A DNA stretch of 64,000 nucleotides, taken from the NCBI RefSeq assembly GCF_964204645.1, contig NC_134028.1, positions 992,001-1,056,000 of the forward strand, in the 5' to 3' direction. A program made the translations under genes and the position numbers. The DNA comes from Tubulanus polymorphus. Taxonomy: Eukaryota; Animalia; Nemertea. The notes under the pieces were generated by a model that ran no database searches, was not told the DNA's origin, and saw nothing but the letters and a program-made list of their open reading frames with translations. Shown here one piece after another: positions 21,581 through 35,100 of this stretch; within the stretch, counting starts at the first letter, position 1, and every line of letters starts with the position of its first letter.

Positions 21581-22746
21581 ATAAATTATTGATTTAATCC
21601 ATGAATTTGAATTTCGGTTGATTTTAGTTCCATACCGTGTTTATTACTAACTAATCTCCGCAGTGAAAGTGAAGATACTACTCTTATTTATTACTAATAC
21701 CTCACTGTGAAAGTTAAGATATATTATTCACCTTTACCTCATAATCTCTCGTATTCGTAGTCGAAATGTTCAGGGTGTGTTTTTCCGTAATCAAATGCAA
21801 AATAAATCGTTTTGATTTTGAAATATTCGTTGTCTTGAATTAAACGTATGTGATCAGTGTGTTCTGTAGTCCGCGGTGTTTGAATTCTAGCGCGCGGTTT
21901 CTGGCTTGTGCTTGTGCGTTATTATGATCGAATAGAAACGTGAATGCAACCTGAACTATTTATTTCATCTCGACCCTTGTAAGTGATAGACCAGAAATGC
22001 CTCGTACAAGATGCCACAATAAATCCAGAAAATGGCAGAAGATTCTGAATTATAAGTGAATGTATTGATAAAGAATAAAAGTGTACAATAATCAAAGACC
22101 AAAAATAACAGAAAAGAAATTGTCTTGTAATATTTCATAGGTGGTTATCTTATATCGTATCACAGTAGTTAGTTTTATTGTGTATATTATATATTTTGAG
22201 TTGTTTTATAAATACAACACATTTAAATACAGGAAGAGGGTTAACTGTTAGTATCGGTGTTAGTCACAAAGGCTTCACGCATTATAATATCTGATACACT
22301 CATAATATACTTTAACATTTCACTAAGTATAAATAGAATAATAAATAAGGGAATAAACCCAGGTATTTGTTTAGTTACTTGGAGCACGGATCTTGAGAGG
22401 GCTTGGGAACAGGAAAAACAATTTCTCTTTATCATTTGAGTATTTTCCACATAAAAACTCGGAAGGGCTGCAGAAAAAAGAATACTTTTTTGCAAATCAC
22501 GAGATTGGAATTAAGATGAACATAACATTTACAAGTTACTAGATTGAAAATAAGGATGGGCATAACAAAAAACTTTTGTTTTTTAAAATTTGTTGATGTT
22601 TGCAGAATTGTGGGAGGCGGAATCCGTGCTCCATGTAAATACATGAATACATAATGAATATTTTCAAGCATGAACACTCAGCAGCAGCAGCACAAATAGA
22701 ATCTCATTACATCATTTACCATTGCAGGTTTTTAAGTAATTCTCAC

Positions 22747-22788
22747 GCACCTGACGATGATCTCTGACGAGGGTTCGAAACGTCGTGT
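22747..22788 (+). ncRNA. Putative minimal type I hammerhead ribozyme motif (Penelope-like relic); second copy 31848-31889
   Basis: GCAC-CTGACGA-T-G...C-GAAA-C-GTC-GTGT: CUGANGA and GAAA cores, GUC cleavage triplet, palindromic ACGT helix III, 4-bp helix I (GCAC/GTGT). Helix II is weak. Confidence 0.4.
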
Positions 22789-23071
22789 CAATCTAATTAA
22801 ATTAGTATATTATAAATTATATTGAACAAATTCATCTATTCTCTACACGTGGTTTCTTTGTACATTGTATCATTTTCGATGGTTTATGTAAGGTACGACG
22901 GACACATATATGACGTCCAGTAAGCCCGGAAGACGAATGAGATGAACATACAACCGATGAAAATTACACAAAATTCATTTTATCGAGAGATGTGTCGTTA
23001 TGAAAATTGCTAACACTTGAAATTGGTGAGTAGTGTAAAAACGGCTCCGTGAAGCAAGTATAGAAAAAACA

Positions 23072-26000
23072 CTAAAAGCTGAACTGTCTCAGAATTGTGA
23101 TGACAAAAACCAAGAACGTGAAAGACAGGATGAAATTAGTAGCTTGAAGTGAAGTTGCGTGAGACATTCCATCGTCGCCGCATGTATTTCGCTTTAGTGG
23201 TTTATATTCCTCCTTGATCGCGAAAGTAAAAGGTTTGTCCGGTACCTACAAATATAAGACCATTGAATTACTATAGCAACGATAGCAGTAAAATTACGAT
23301 AAAAAAACATCGGAACAAATAGATTTGTATTGAGGCTAATATCATAACATCACGTGGTCATAATGTTTGATCTGTTTGTCGTTATTTTTCGTCACTTGTA
23401 TCTGTTATTTTCTATACATCCTTAATTCATTCTCATAATTCCTACATATCTTAAGCCGCATAAAAATGTATATCAGCAGATGAGTAAAATACGCACCAGT
23501 TGATTCTTCATCGAACTGCCGCATAGGGGCCAATATTGTGTGTTCAATATTTCATGTTGGAATTGGCGGATCTTTTCCTGGTCAGTCCATGTATCGCTTT
23601 CTTCATAAAAACTCAACATTATCTTTTTAAGTTTGGGCCAATTCGTCCAATCTATATTCTTACTAAGAATTCATAGAAAATTTATTTCAGTTATATTCTT
23701 TTCGAATCGATGAAGTCAGTTTTCTGATACATACTCTTTGAACTGGTCCCACCAGACTTTAGTCGCTGGTCCTGTTGTATCGGTAGTTGTATGACAATAT
23801 GTGAACGGTATTTTCGGATAGTAAGATATGAACGAATAACACATTTCGGAGGTCGTAGCTCCACCAGCCTTATAGTAATATCAAAACATGACAAATATCA
23901 TTCATATGCGGGAAAGATTTTGTTGAGTTAGTTATAGTGAACTGGTGTCAGTGTACAAAATATCTATCATTTCAGGACGTAAATTCAGGATCTTGTGATA
24001 AAAATGCGTGGATTTGGCTTCAGTTTTAACTATCTTTATATAAATCGTTTGAACTTACGAAAATAGATTGTAACCATGTAGGCCTATCAAAGATAGCTTC
24101 AGTTAAAGACGTTTTCATATCATATTACAATGTATCCGTACTTACGGAAGTCAATCATATCATTTATATCACTATGTACGCGTACTTACGTAAGTCACAT
24201 TTTCGCGCTCTTCGGTATTGAAAGTACATTCGGTCATAATCGTATCGCCCTAAAATACACAAATTAATATGAAACAAGATATAGAAAATTAGACAAAATT
24301 AAAGTAACATTTTAAAAGGCAAACTACATACCGGCTTTACAATGACAGGTTCCCTCAGCGGTCGCCATATCTGATAGTTAAAATCGTATGACGTATCGTC
24401 AGATATCCATGGCAACTCGAAACCGTCACGGAAATGACGTGTGCGAATTCCTACTCCGGCCAAGTGCGCATGTCCTAACACTGAGAAAATCTTGATTTCT
24501 TTTTCATCACCGGTGTATTCTTTAAACGCCTGAAATCAATATATTCATTTTCTAACATCAAATACTGAAATGAAAATTCTCGTTTTCTGTACTGCATTTT
24601 CACTACGTTCTTTCAATTTGCAAATAACCTCTTTGAAATACGTGTTTGTAGAACATACGAAACAATCATCTCACCCCTTCTAGACATCCTTGTGGACAAA
24701 ATCCACGATATTTAAACTTTTCTTGGCGCGGAGGGATAACTGTAGAAAGTCGCTCGCCAAAAAACATACCAGCCGTCATTAAACCCACGTCGTATTTACG
24801 CAGTTTCGACGTGTAAGTAAATCGCACCCCAGATGTATCGTATATACCTGAAATATCATATCCGATAATAATCAATCATAAACTCTGTTATAACAAGTCG
24901 ACGATGGTTTTTTTAGTGAAAAACCGAAAATTTGAATTTCAATAAATTACAACATTACGATATCTAAGTTTTTCGATTTCGTGATTGTGGGACTTATATT
25001 TTACTCTTCTTTTGCGATTCGCATTTGCGAAGTTTTACGCCGTCATGTCATAATGTGTTAAAATGATGTATTTAAAATGTTTTGGTCTCAGCAGAGATAA
25101 AACCCATGAATGAACACCCTTTCATAATTGATTGATTGAATGATGGTAACAGATTGATCTGCGCTGATCAATCTGATCACACGCACTAACTGAAGCGGCT
25201 TGCAACACTTCAACGCGGCCTGTTGGTCTAGGGGTATGATTCTCGCTTTGGGTGCGAGAGGTCCCGGGTTCAAATCCCGGACAGGCCCAAAAGTTTTATT
25301 GTTTTTCCTTATCAAAGGATCCCGCGACAGCATAAATCTGCCGGTCCCGCACTAAACGCATTTCTTAAATGCAGGTTTATTGACGTCGCAAGACATATAT
25401 TTCGAAAATCTTTCTACGCACCTGATTTCCGGTGCGGGTTATCGTAATGTATTACCAGACGGTAGTAAACACTATCGTGCGTGTCTCCAATCGATAAGCC
25501 AGTGTCTCGCGGAAAGATGATCGCCTAACAAACGGAAATAATATGAGCGAAAATGAAAATATATGATTTAGATTAGAATTTAGAAAAAAGCCGGTCATTC
25601 ATAGTATAACTAATGATAACTTACTTCACCGCCGATACCAAAAACAGCAGTGAATGTCCAACAATCTTTTGAATAACTCCTCACGCGTGGTGACTTATTA
25701 TCTCCATGAACCGATAAAACTGAATCGTTCATTTTTTTGTTACGACATTCCTTGACGGCCATATGATGGATGTGCAACTCATTTCCAGGCTGCACAATTT
25801 GTTCGATCTGCAAAATATTAGAAAAATTATTTGATATGTTGCTATGTTGATATTTCAGGTGCGCCCGAAAAAACACTGCCATTGTTTGTCGAATGGTACG
25901 AGAAAATTGCCTCTTGTCCTTCCGTTTGGATCTGACCTTGAGTTAGTACCTTTACTTTAATTTAATGCAAAAAGTGTAAAAAAAGATCAAGATCTCTCTA

Positions 26001-28506
26001 CAATGTCAACATTATATTTTTGTTTTTCCTACCGTGACACCAGTTTCCAATCGAGGCATGAATTGGTTGGTCCCGAACTATACTCAAGGTCATTTTGATT
26101 TCATATATGCGCGCGCAAACTTAATCATGATTAAATACCTTCAACACATGATGCTTTCCGGTAACTGGTATCTTGTGGAACGATCGATAATACGTGGTCC
26201 TCGCTGAGGGAAGTTCAATCTAAATAAAACAGTATATATTAATCATTCTCTAAAACCAATATATTTGCTCGTTTCAATTATAGATAGCTGTAAACTTACG
26301 AGAGGTGTTCTGAATTCAAAGCTTTTGAAATCAGGTCCTGGTGTGAAGGTTGGTTCCGGTTTGTCTAACAGATACAATGTATGAGCACCCCGATTAGATT
26401 TGTGATACTTCATTTCATCGGGTCCGGTCGGATCTTCGTCGCTATATGCGTATATGATTCTCTGAGCTCCCGACTGCTCGAAATTTATATAGAAAACAAA
26501 ATATTAATTTAATCGTGAAACTCGGATTTAGTTCTTTAGGATCCAGTTTCCAGTTGAAACGAAACATATAAAGTTATTTTCACTGATCAAATGAACAACC
26601 GTTGAACGGAATCCTGGATTCCCAGTTGCGCAGTCACGACTTACGTCAAAAACTGGTTATAGAACCAAGATGATCGACTGGTCTAGGTCTGGACTGTCTG
26701 GTCAACTGGCCCCTAATTGTTTACATTCATATCGATTTTTGAGATTAAAATCTTCAACATAATCTTCATTTGAATATATACCTCAATTTTAAGGTCACCA
26801 TTTTTATCACAAGTGTCCAATTGGCGGTAGAATGTTAATTGTGTATATCCATCTTTCTCATATCCTTCCTTCAATGTCCAGTTTGCGTATGCGTCAGGAA
26901 CAGGCATCGTATTACCCACTCCATGCATATCCTGTTTTTAACAAAGACAATCATTTTTTCTTGTTTTTTTTTCATATATAATTCATGCGATTCAATGTGA
27001 AACGGTTTCTGTACCCGTATGAACGCCGAGCCATGGTTCACCCATCCCACTACAATATCAGCATCTCTCATGCCACCGTTTTTGGACAGCCCGAAACCCA
27101 CGTATCCTGTCGTTTTGACGGTCACTCGGAATGTTATCACTGTAGATGGTGGTCCGTCATATTGCCATTCGAGTAGGTATTTCTTGGCTGGATCGAGGTA
27201 GGATCTTCTCGAGAAATGATGAGGAGCTGGTAGAAATGTACCAGGCATAGTAGTGGTTGTATATGCTGTAGTAGCATTAACGGCATGTCTAGTTGTTGTT
27301 CGTGCGGTTGGACCTGGTGTTGGTTCTGGTTCTGGTCCCGGTGATCGTATTGTTGAATTCACTGCGTCCGTTGCCTGTAAGTTTGATATTCAACGGTTAT
27401 CTATTTCACTACAATCGTATTAAACGATTTTACGGTTTAAAAACCGACACTTCAATAGGAAAAAACGAGTCCGCAGTTTCCTCTAGTTGTGGTTTAAATC
27501 AATGTTTCGAATTTATCCTGGTCATCTTCAGGCATCCTGACTATCGGAATAAGGATATCAATAGAGGGCATAATCTCTATTTACTTGATGATCTTCTGAG
27601 TGATCAAACAACATTCATTATATTCACTAAATCTTATTTGTGAAACAGCTTATTCTCACAGGAAACTGTGCGGAACATCGTGAACAGTGCAACATATACC
27701 GGTAACTAAAACTATACAAGAGATTTTAACGAAAATACTTGTTGAGAAGTTATTCAAAAAGGTGAAACTAGATCGGTGCAAAATGAACGATAGATACAAA
27801 CCTTGTATAGTTCGAGCTCTCTGCTTCCTCTGGTGTCATAACCGTGGTATGTTGTATTCCTCAACGAGGGAATCTTAGAATTGGAATATGCCCAAATTAT
27901 ATGCACCATGCCCTGAAATATATCGATACCAATATATCAACACCAGACGGATGAAGATTAATCAGATATAATCAGAAAGAAATATTAGGAAATAAAATTG
28001 TACAGGGTTGATGGTCATATCATGGGCGTCGTCTCCCGTGTCCAGATATCGCTCGAATGTAAAATTCATGCGTCCATTTGTGGAAGATGCGTTCAGTAAT
28101 TTCCAATCGGACATAGGATCTTCAGTAGGTTTAGATCTGCCAGTTAAATGAGCGTCCTTGAATATAAATACAATATCTTCTATTAGTATTTATGCACAAT
28201 TCGTTAGTATTTCGAGCTTTGTTTTAGTATGAGAAGGTTTAAGTTACTTACAACTAATCTTGCTTTAGTTGTATTTGTATCCATCCAACCGACTACGACA
28301 TCGCTACCGGGCATGTTCCCGTCCGGAGAAATACCGAACCCGAACCAGCCGTTAGTCGGTACAGAAACTCGAAATATTATCAAATTGTTCTTCACTGCCC
28401 AATACATGTGAACTGTATCTCGTTTGTCGAGATATTCGCTCCTCCATGCCTCGGTCACCGCGAAGGAAACTGCCAGCAGCAACGAAAATAGGCAAAATGT
28501 TCTCAT
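23072..28506 (-). CDS. MOXD1/DBH-like monooxygenase, double DOMON, duplicate copy 1
   Basis: Signal MRTFCLFSLLLAVSFA, two DOMON domains, IHHM, VIHYDNP (exon ~25423-25524), GHAH, SEMC, and a hydrophobic C-terminus FILSFTFLVFVITILRQFSF*. GT-AG exons are traceable. Confidence 0.88.
25217..25288 (+). tRNA. tRNA-Pro(TGG), antisense within a monooxygenase intron
   Basis: GGCCTGTTGGTCTAGGGGTATGATTCTCGCTTTGGGTGCGAGAGGTCCCGGGTTCAAATCCCGGACAGGCCC has a perfect 7-bp acceptor stem, CTCGC/GCGAG anticodon stem, A/B boxes and downstream T runs. Confidence 0.93.
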
Positions 28507-29389
28507 ATCGCCAGCGATTTGATAGATCGATATGGATCGATACTTTTGATTTAGATGAAGAAAGTTACTCTTTTCGATGCTACGTTTTTGACGTCCAGTT
28601 TTCGTGTGCGAAAAGATCATAATATGGAACGGTTTTTTACAAGGCAGTCACGTGAGTCGTAGTTCAGATGACGTAATATGTTATATTGTTCGTGAATCTA
28701 ATTTTGAGTCTGATCGAAATATCGAACTAGTTTTCGTTCGTAAAACAATTCATTGCCGGTTTTCAATTACAAATTCTGAGAATTCTTCGACTGTATTTAT
28801 CAACACAGTTTGTAACTAGTTTGATATCTTAAAGTCGAATATTCTAATATTGTTTATTGGCCGTTTTATTACATGGACCAAGAAAAAAACATAAAGATTA
28901 GCCGCTCCTAAAGAAACTTTTTCGCAATTTCAATGACACGTTCCTGTGCGCATACATCATACACGTCACATTGGCCGTAGGAGCATGTGGCTAACTGGAA
29001 TTAAAACCCAAAGTTTATGGCCAATATGACGTATGTGAGCTACATCAAAAATACATAAAGCGGTCCTCTCTGCCTGAGGCCAGTTTCACGAACACGTGAC
29101 TGGGTGTGAGTTTTAATGACTGTCAAGTCTTCCCGTGAACGCAACCCTAAATACCTAATAACCGAAATGCAATTATCTTTCAAATGTCGTCATTTGCGTG
29201 GATTGAAGGCCGTGGGAAATGACACGTGGGGATTTAAAACGTTAAACCATCGAATTATATTATAATTATAAATCGTATTCGACTGTGTATCTATGTTTCA
29301 GGCTGATTTATACTCAGATGTGATAAGATGTTTTATCTCTATCGACCATTGGCTCTATTTAACGCGCAATGAACGTCATAGAATTCACA

Positions 29390-30548
29390 AATTCAGTGCT
29401 TTCGAGCATTGTGGGAACGTCTTCACAGGTAAATAGATCACTCAGTAACACTATCTTTTAACCTTTTACTTAGCGCAAAGAAATGAACCAGGTTCGTTAA
29501 TTAATAACCGGTTCTTTTGTCATAGTCGAGCATGGCGCAACAAACGATCTATTGAAAATTGTCATTCGATCCTCAATCGTTACAGATATATAATTTACAA
29601 TCTAAATATTGACTGAAGCCGCAAAATGAGTCCTAACAAGATTTTTCGAAGATTGATATCTTTTATCCCGCAACGAAAGAAATACTTACATCGCTCGGGG
29701 CTTTGAGCTTCAGTAAATAAAGTATTGAATGATAGAATTAATATACAAAAATCAGTCGTGAATTGAGAATGTCTTTTCAAATCAGCAATGATATACAGAG
29801 GTGGTAAAAAGATATGTTTAAAAGGGCAAATTGTGTCTGGCTTAAATCCCTGGAGGACCTACCTGTTCATCCCTTCATACAGCGCCAGTGTAAAAAAGGT
29901 TAATGGGAAATAGATTCTGAAAATGAAACCGCTTTGTTAAGTATACGGTGGGAGGGGTAACTGTCTCTTAATCCCTTTTTTGTATATCAATGTCTCTTTC
30001 TGAAAATTGCTCATGAAAAACGAATTCGCGGTCGGAATTCAACGAGAATGACACTTGTAGCCATCTATTGGAATTTCGTGGAACTAATAGTTCAACGCTA
30101 CAATTTGACGAGTCCGTAAGCCGGGATGATTTCACTCAATCGCCATCTAGTAGAATAATTAAATAACTGATAATCTTCTGAAATAATTACCCAGATGTAT
30201 GGAGTTCTAAACATTGAAAATCAACCAACTGGAGACTTAACTCTCAATCATAACTGTGAAAATGGATCCAAAATTCTTCATTCAAGTCAAAACTAAATTG
30301 ATTTTCATTTTGTGTCTTTTTTCAGTTTTCACCTGAATTCATTGAATATAAACGTAGCTTTAAATTGTTGTTAGCGCGTGGCACTAGGTGTCGCTGTAGC
30401 CCACTTTCAGGCTTTAGGTCCTAGTGACCCAATTAACTGATTTCTTTATTTTGGTTGCAGAGACTCATCCTGAAGAGTTTTCCGGAAAAATTCGAAGGTG
30501 ACATCGAGATTGCACCGGATCAAAAAGTACGTAACATGTATACATCAC
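29390..30548 (+). pseudogene. Truncated astacin pseudogene (5' exons only)
   Basis: Homologous to 38480-39697. A deletion removes the ATG of the signal exon, an extra G (TTCCGGAAAAA vs TTCCGAAAAA) frameshifts the FEGDI exon, and the copy is cut at the duplication junction. Confidence 0.85.
30012..30160. mobile_element. Dispersed repeat; copies at ~39160-39305, ~51410-51555 and inverted at ~62465-62610
   Basis: Shared motifs GCCATCTATTGGAATTT..TGGAACTAA..GACGAGTC..CGCCATCTAGTAGAATAA, with a reverse-complement match near 62465-62600. Confidence 0.65.
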
Positions 30549-30689
30549 ATTTCAAATGAAACAGAAATACGAACCGATGCGATGAGACACTTGTATGAAG
30601 GTCTCTCCAGCTCCCCGAGTACAATCTTCTATCGCTGTTCTTATTCTGTCGACGCTGTCCATCCTAACCCTGATTACACGTGCTTGAAT
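30549..30689 (+). pseudogene. Duplicated fragment of the last exon of the plus-strand monooxygenase
   Basis: Matches 21442-21580 but lacks the splice acceptor and has CGA->TGA (CGATGAGAC) early. Confidence 0.85.
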
Positions 30690-32184
30690 AAATTATTGAT
30701 TTATTCCAAGAATTTGAATTTCGGTTGATTTTAGTTCCATACCGTGTTTCTTACTAACTAATCTCCGCAGTGAAAGTGAAGATATTACTTATTATTTATT
30801 ACTAATACCTCACTGTGAAAGTTAAGATATATTAACTACTCCTATTTATTCACCTTTACCTCATAATCTCTCGTATTCGTAGTCGAAATGTTCAGGGTGT
30901 GTTTTTCCTTTATTAAATGCAAAATAAATCGTTTTGATTTTGAAATATTCGTTGTCTTGAATTAAACGAATGTGATCAGTGTGTTCTGTAGTCCGCGGTG
31001 TTTGAATTCTAGCGCGCGGTTTCTGGCTTGTGCTTGTGCGTTATTATGATCGAATAGAAACGTGAATGCAACCTGAACTATTTATTTCATCTCGACCCTT
31101 GTAATGGATGCCTCGTACAAGATGCCACAATAAATCCAGAAAATGGCAGAAGATTCTGAATTATAAGTGAATGTATTGATAAAGAATAAAAGTGTACAAT
31201 AATCAAAGACCAAAAAAGAAATTGTCTTGTAATATTTCATAGGCGGTTATCTTATATCGTATCACAGTAGTTAGTTTTATTGTGTATATTATATATTTTG
31301 AGTTGTTTAAAAATACAACACATCTAAATACAGGAAGAGGGTTAACTGTTAGTATCGGTGTAAGTCACAAAGGCTTCACGCATTATAATATCTGATACAC
31401 TCATAATATACTTTAACATTTCACTAAGTATAAATAGAATAATAAATAAGGGAATAAACCCAGGTATTTGTTTAGTTACTTGGAGCACGGATCTTGAGAG
31501 GGCGCGGGAACAGGAAAAACAATTTCTCTTTATCATTTGAGTATTTTCCACATAAAAACTCGGAAGGGCTGCAGAAGAAAATATACTTTTTTTCAAATCA
31601 CGAGATTGGAATTAAGATGAACATAACATTTACAAGTTACTAGATTGAAAATCAGGATGGGCATAACAAAAAACTTTAGTTTTTTAAAATTTGTTGATGT
31701 TTGCAGAATAGTGGGAGGCGGAATCCGTGCTCCATGTAAATACATGAATACATAATGAATATTTTCAAGCATGAACACTCATCAGCAGCAGCACAAATAG
31801 AATCTCATTACATCATTTACCATTGCCGGTTTTTAAGTAATTATCACGCACCTGACGATGATCTCTGCCGAGGATTCGAAACGTCGTGTCAATCTAATTA
31901 AATTAGTATATTATAAATTATATTGAACAAATTCATCTATTCTCTACACGTGGTTTCTTTGTACATTGTATCATTTTCAAGTAAGATGATGGTTTATGTA
32001 AGGTACGACGGACACATATACGACGTCCAGTAAGTAGCCCGGAAGACGAATGAGATGAACATACAACCGATGAAAATTACACAAAATTCATTTTATCGAG
32101 AGATGTGTCGTTATGAAAATTGCTAACACTTGAAATTGGTGAGTAGTGTAAAAACGGCTCCGGGAAGCAAGTATAGAAAAAACA

Positions 32185-35100
32185 CTAAAAGCTGAACTGT
32201 TTCAGAAATGTGATGACAGAAACCAAGAACGTGAAAGACAGGATGAAATTAGTAGCTTGAAGTGAAGTTGCGTGAGAAATTCCATCGTCGCCGCATGTAT
32301 TTCTCTTTAGTGGTTTATATTCCTCCTTGATCGCGAAAGTAAAAGGTTTGTCCGGTACCTACAAATATAAGACCATTGAATTACTATAGCAACGATAGCA
32401 GTAAAATTACGATAGCAAAAACATCGGAACAAATAGATTTGTATTGAGGCTAATATCATAACATCACGTGGTCATAAAGTTTGGTCTGTTTGTCGTTATT
32501 TTTCGTCACTTGTATCTGTTATTTTCTATACATCCTTAATTCATTCTCATAATTCCTACATATCTTAAGTCGCATAAAAATGTATATGAGCAGATGAGTA
32601 AAATACGCACCAGTTGATTCTTCATCGAACTGCCGCATTGGGGCCAATATTGTGTGTTCAATATTTCATGTTGGAATTGGCGGATCTTTTCCTGGTCAGT
32701 CCATGTATCGCTTTCTTCATAAAAACTCAACATTATCTTTTTAAGTTTGGGCCAATTCGTCCAATCTATATTCTTACTAAGAATTCATAAAAAATTGAGA
32801 ATATCAAAAAAATCATTTTTGTAAGATTGACCTCTTTATTTCAGTTATATTCTTTTCGAATCGATGAAGTCAGTTTTCTGATACATACTCTTTGAACTGG
32901 TCCCACCAGACTTTAGTCGCTGGTCCTGTTGTATCGGTAAATGTCTGACAATATGTTAGCGGTATTTTCGGATAGTAAGATATGAACGAATAACACATTT
33001 CGGAGGTCGTAGCTTCACCAGCCTTATAGTAATATCAAAACATGACAAATATCATTCATATGCGGGAGATTGAGGACTTTTGTTATCAAATGTTTAGTTA
33101 TAGTGAAGTGGTGTCAGTGTACAAAATATCTATCATTTCAGGACGTAAATTCAGGATCTTGTGATAAAAATGCGTGGATTTGGCTTCAGTTTTAACTATC
33201 TTTATATAAATCGTTTGAACTTACGAAAATAGATTGTAACCATGAAGGCCAATCAAAGATAGCTTCAGTTCAAGACGTTTTCATATCATATTACAATGTA
33301 CCCGTACTTACGGAAGTCAATCATATCATTTATATCACTATGTACGCGTACTTACGTAAGTCACATTTTCGCGCTCTTCGGTATTGAAAGTACATTCGGT
33401 CATAATCGTATCGCCCTAAAATACACAAATTAATATGAAACAAGATATAAACAATTAGACAAAATTGAAGTAACATTTTAAAAGGCAAACTACATACCGG
33501 CTTTACAATGACAGGTTCCCTCAGCGGTCGCCATATCTGATAGTTAAAATCGTATGACGTATCGTCAAATATCCATGGCAACTCGAGACCGTCACGGAAA
33601 TGACGTGTGCGAATTCCTACTCCAGCCAAGTGCGCATGTCCGAACACTGAGAAAATCTTGATTTCTTTTTCATCACCGGTGTATTCTTTAAACGCCTGAA
33701 ATCAATGAATTCATTTTCTAACATCAGATACTGAAATGAAAATTCTCGTTTTCTGTACTGCATTTTCACTACGTTCTTTCAATTTGCAAATAACCTCTTT
33801 GAAATACGTGTTTGTAGAACATACGAAACAATAACTATCATCTCACCCCTTCTAGACATCCTTGTGGACAAAATCCACGATATTTAAACTGTTCTTGGCG
33901 CGGAGGGATAACTGTAGAAAGTGGCTCGCCAAAATCCATACCAGCCGACATTAAACCCACGTCGTATTTACGCAGTTTCGACGTGTAAGTAAATCGCACC
34001 CCAGATGTATCGTATATACCTGAAATATCATATCCGATAATAATCAATCATAAACTCTGTTATTACAAGTCGACGATGGTTTTTTTAGTGAAAAACCGAA
34101 AATTTGAATTTCAATAAATTACAACATTACGATATATAAGTTTTTCGATTTCGTGATTGTGGGGCTTATATTTTACTCTTCTTTTGCGATTCGCATTTGC
34201 GATGTTTTACGCCGTCATGTCATAATGTGTTAAAATGATGTATCTAAAATGTTTTGGTCTCAGCAGAGATAACATCCACGAATGAACACCCTTTCATAAT
34301 TGATTGATTGAATGATGGTAACAGATTTATCTGCGCTGATCTATCTGATCACACCCAATAACTGTGACGGCTTGCAACACTTCAACGTGGCCTGTTGGTC
34401 AAGGGGTATGATTTTCGCTTTGGGTGCGAGAGGTCCCGGGTTCAAATCTCGACAGTTCAAAAAGTTTTATTGTTTTTCTTTATCAAAGGATCCCGCGACA
34501 GCATAAATCTGCCGGTCCCGAGCTATACGTATTTCTTAAATGCAGGTTTATTGACATCGCAAGACAAATATTTCGAAAGCGAATCTTTCTACGCACCTGA
34601 TTTTCGGTGCGGGTTATCGTAATGTATTTCCAGACGGTAGTAAACACTATCGTGCGTGTCTCCAATCGATACGCCAGTGTCTCTCGGAAAGATGATCGCC
34701 TAACAAACGGAAATAATATGAGCGAAAATGAAAATATATGATTTAGATTAGAATTTAGAAAAAGCCGGTCATTCATAGTATAACTAATGATAACTTACTT
34801 CAGCACCGACGGCAAAAACAGCAGCAAATGTCCAACAATTATATAAATAACGCCTCACGCGTGGTGACTTATTTTCTCCATGAACAGATAAAACTGAATC
34901 GTTCAATTTTTTGTTTCGACATTCCAAAACGACCATATGATGGACGAACAACTCATTTCCAGGCTGCACAATTTGTTCGATCTGCAAAATATTAGAATAA
35001 AATCTGAATCAAACTCGACTTTCAAATTTCCATGTGTTGGAAATTAAATCATCCTAAATCATCTCTCTACAATGTCAACATTACATTTTTGTTTTTCTTC

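Noticed and set aside
22241-22677. Short ORFs 'conserved' at 31342-31778 (also 38703/50951, 46027/58282)
   Set aside because: The conservation simply reflects recent segmental duplication. They have non-ATG starts and no motifs.
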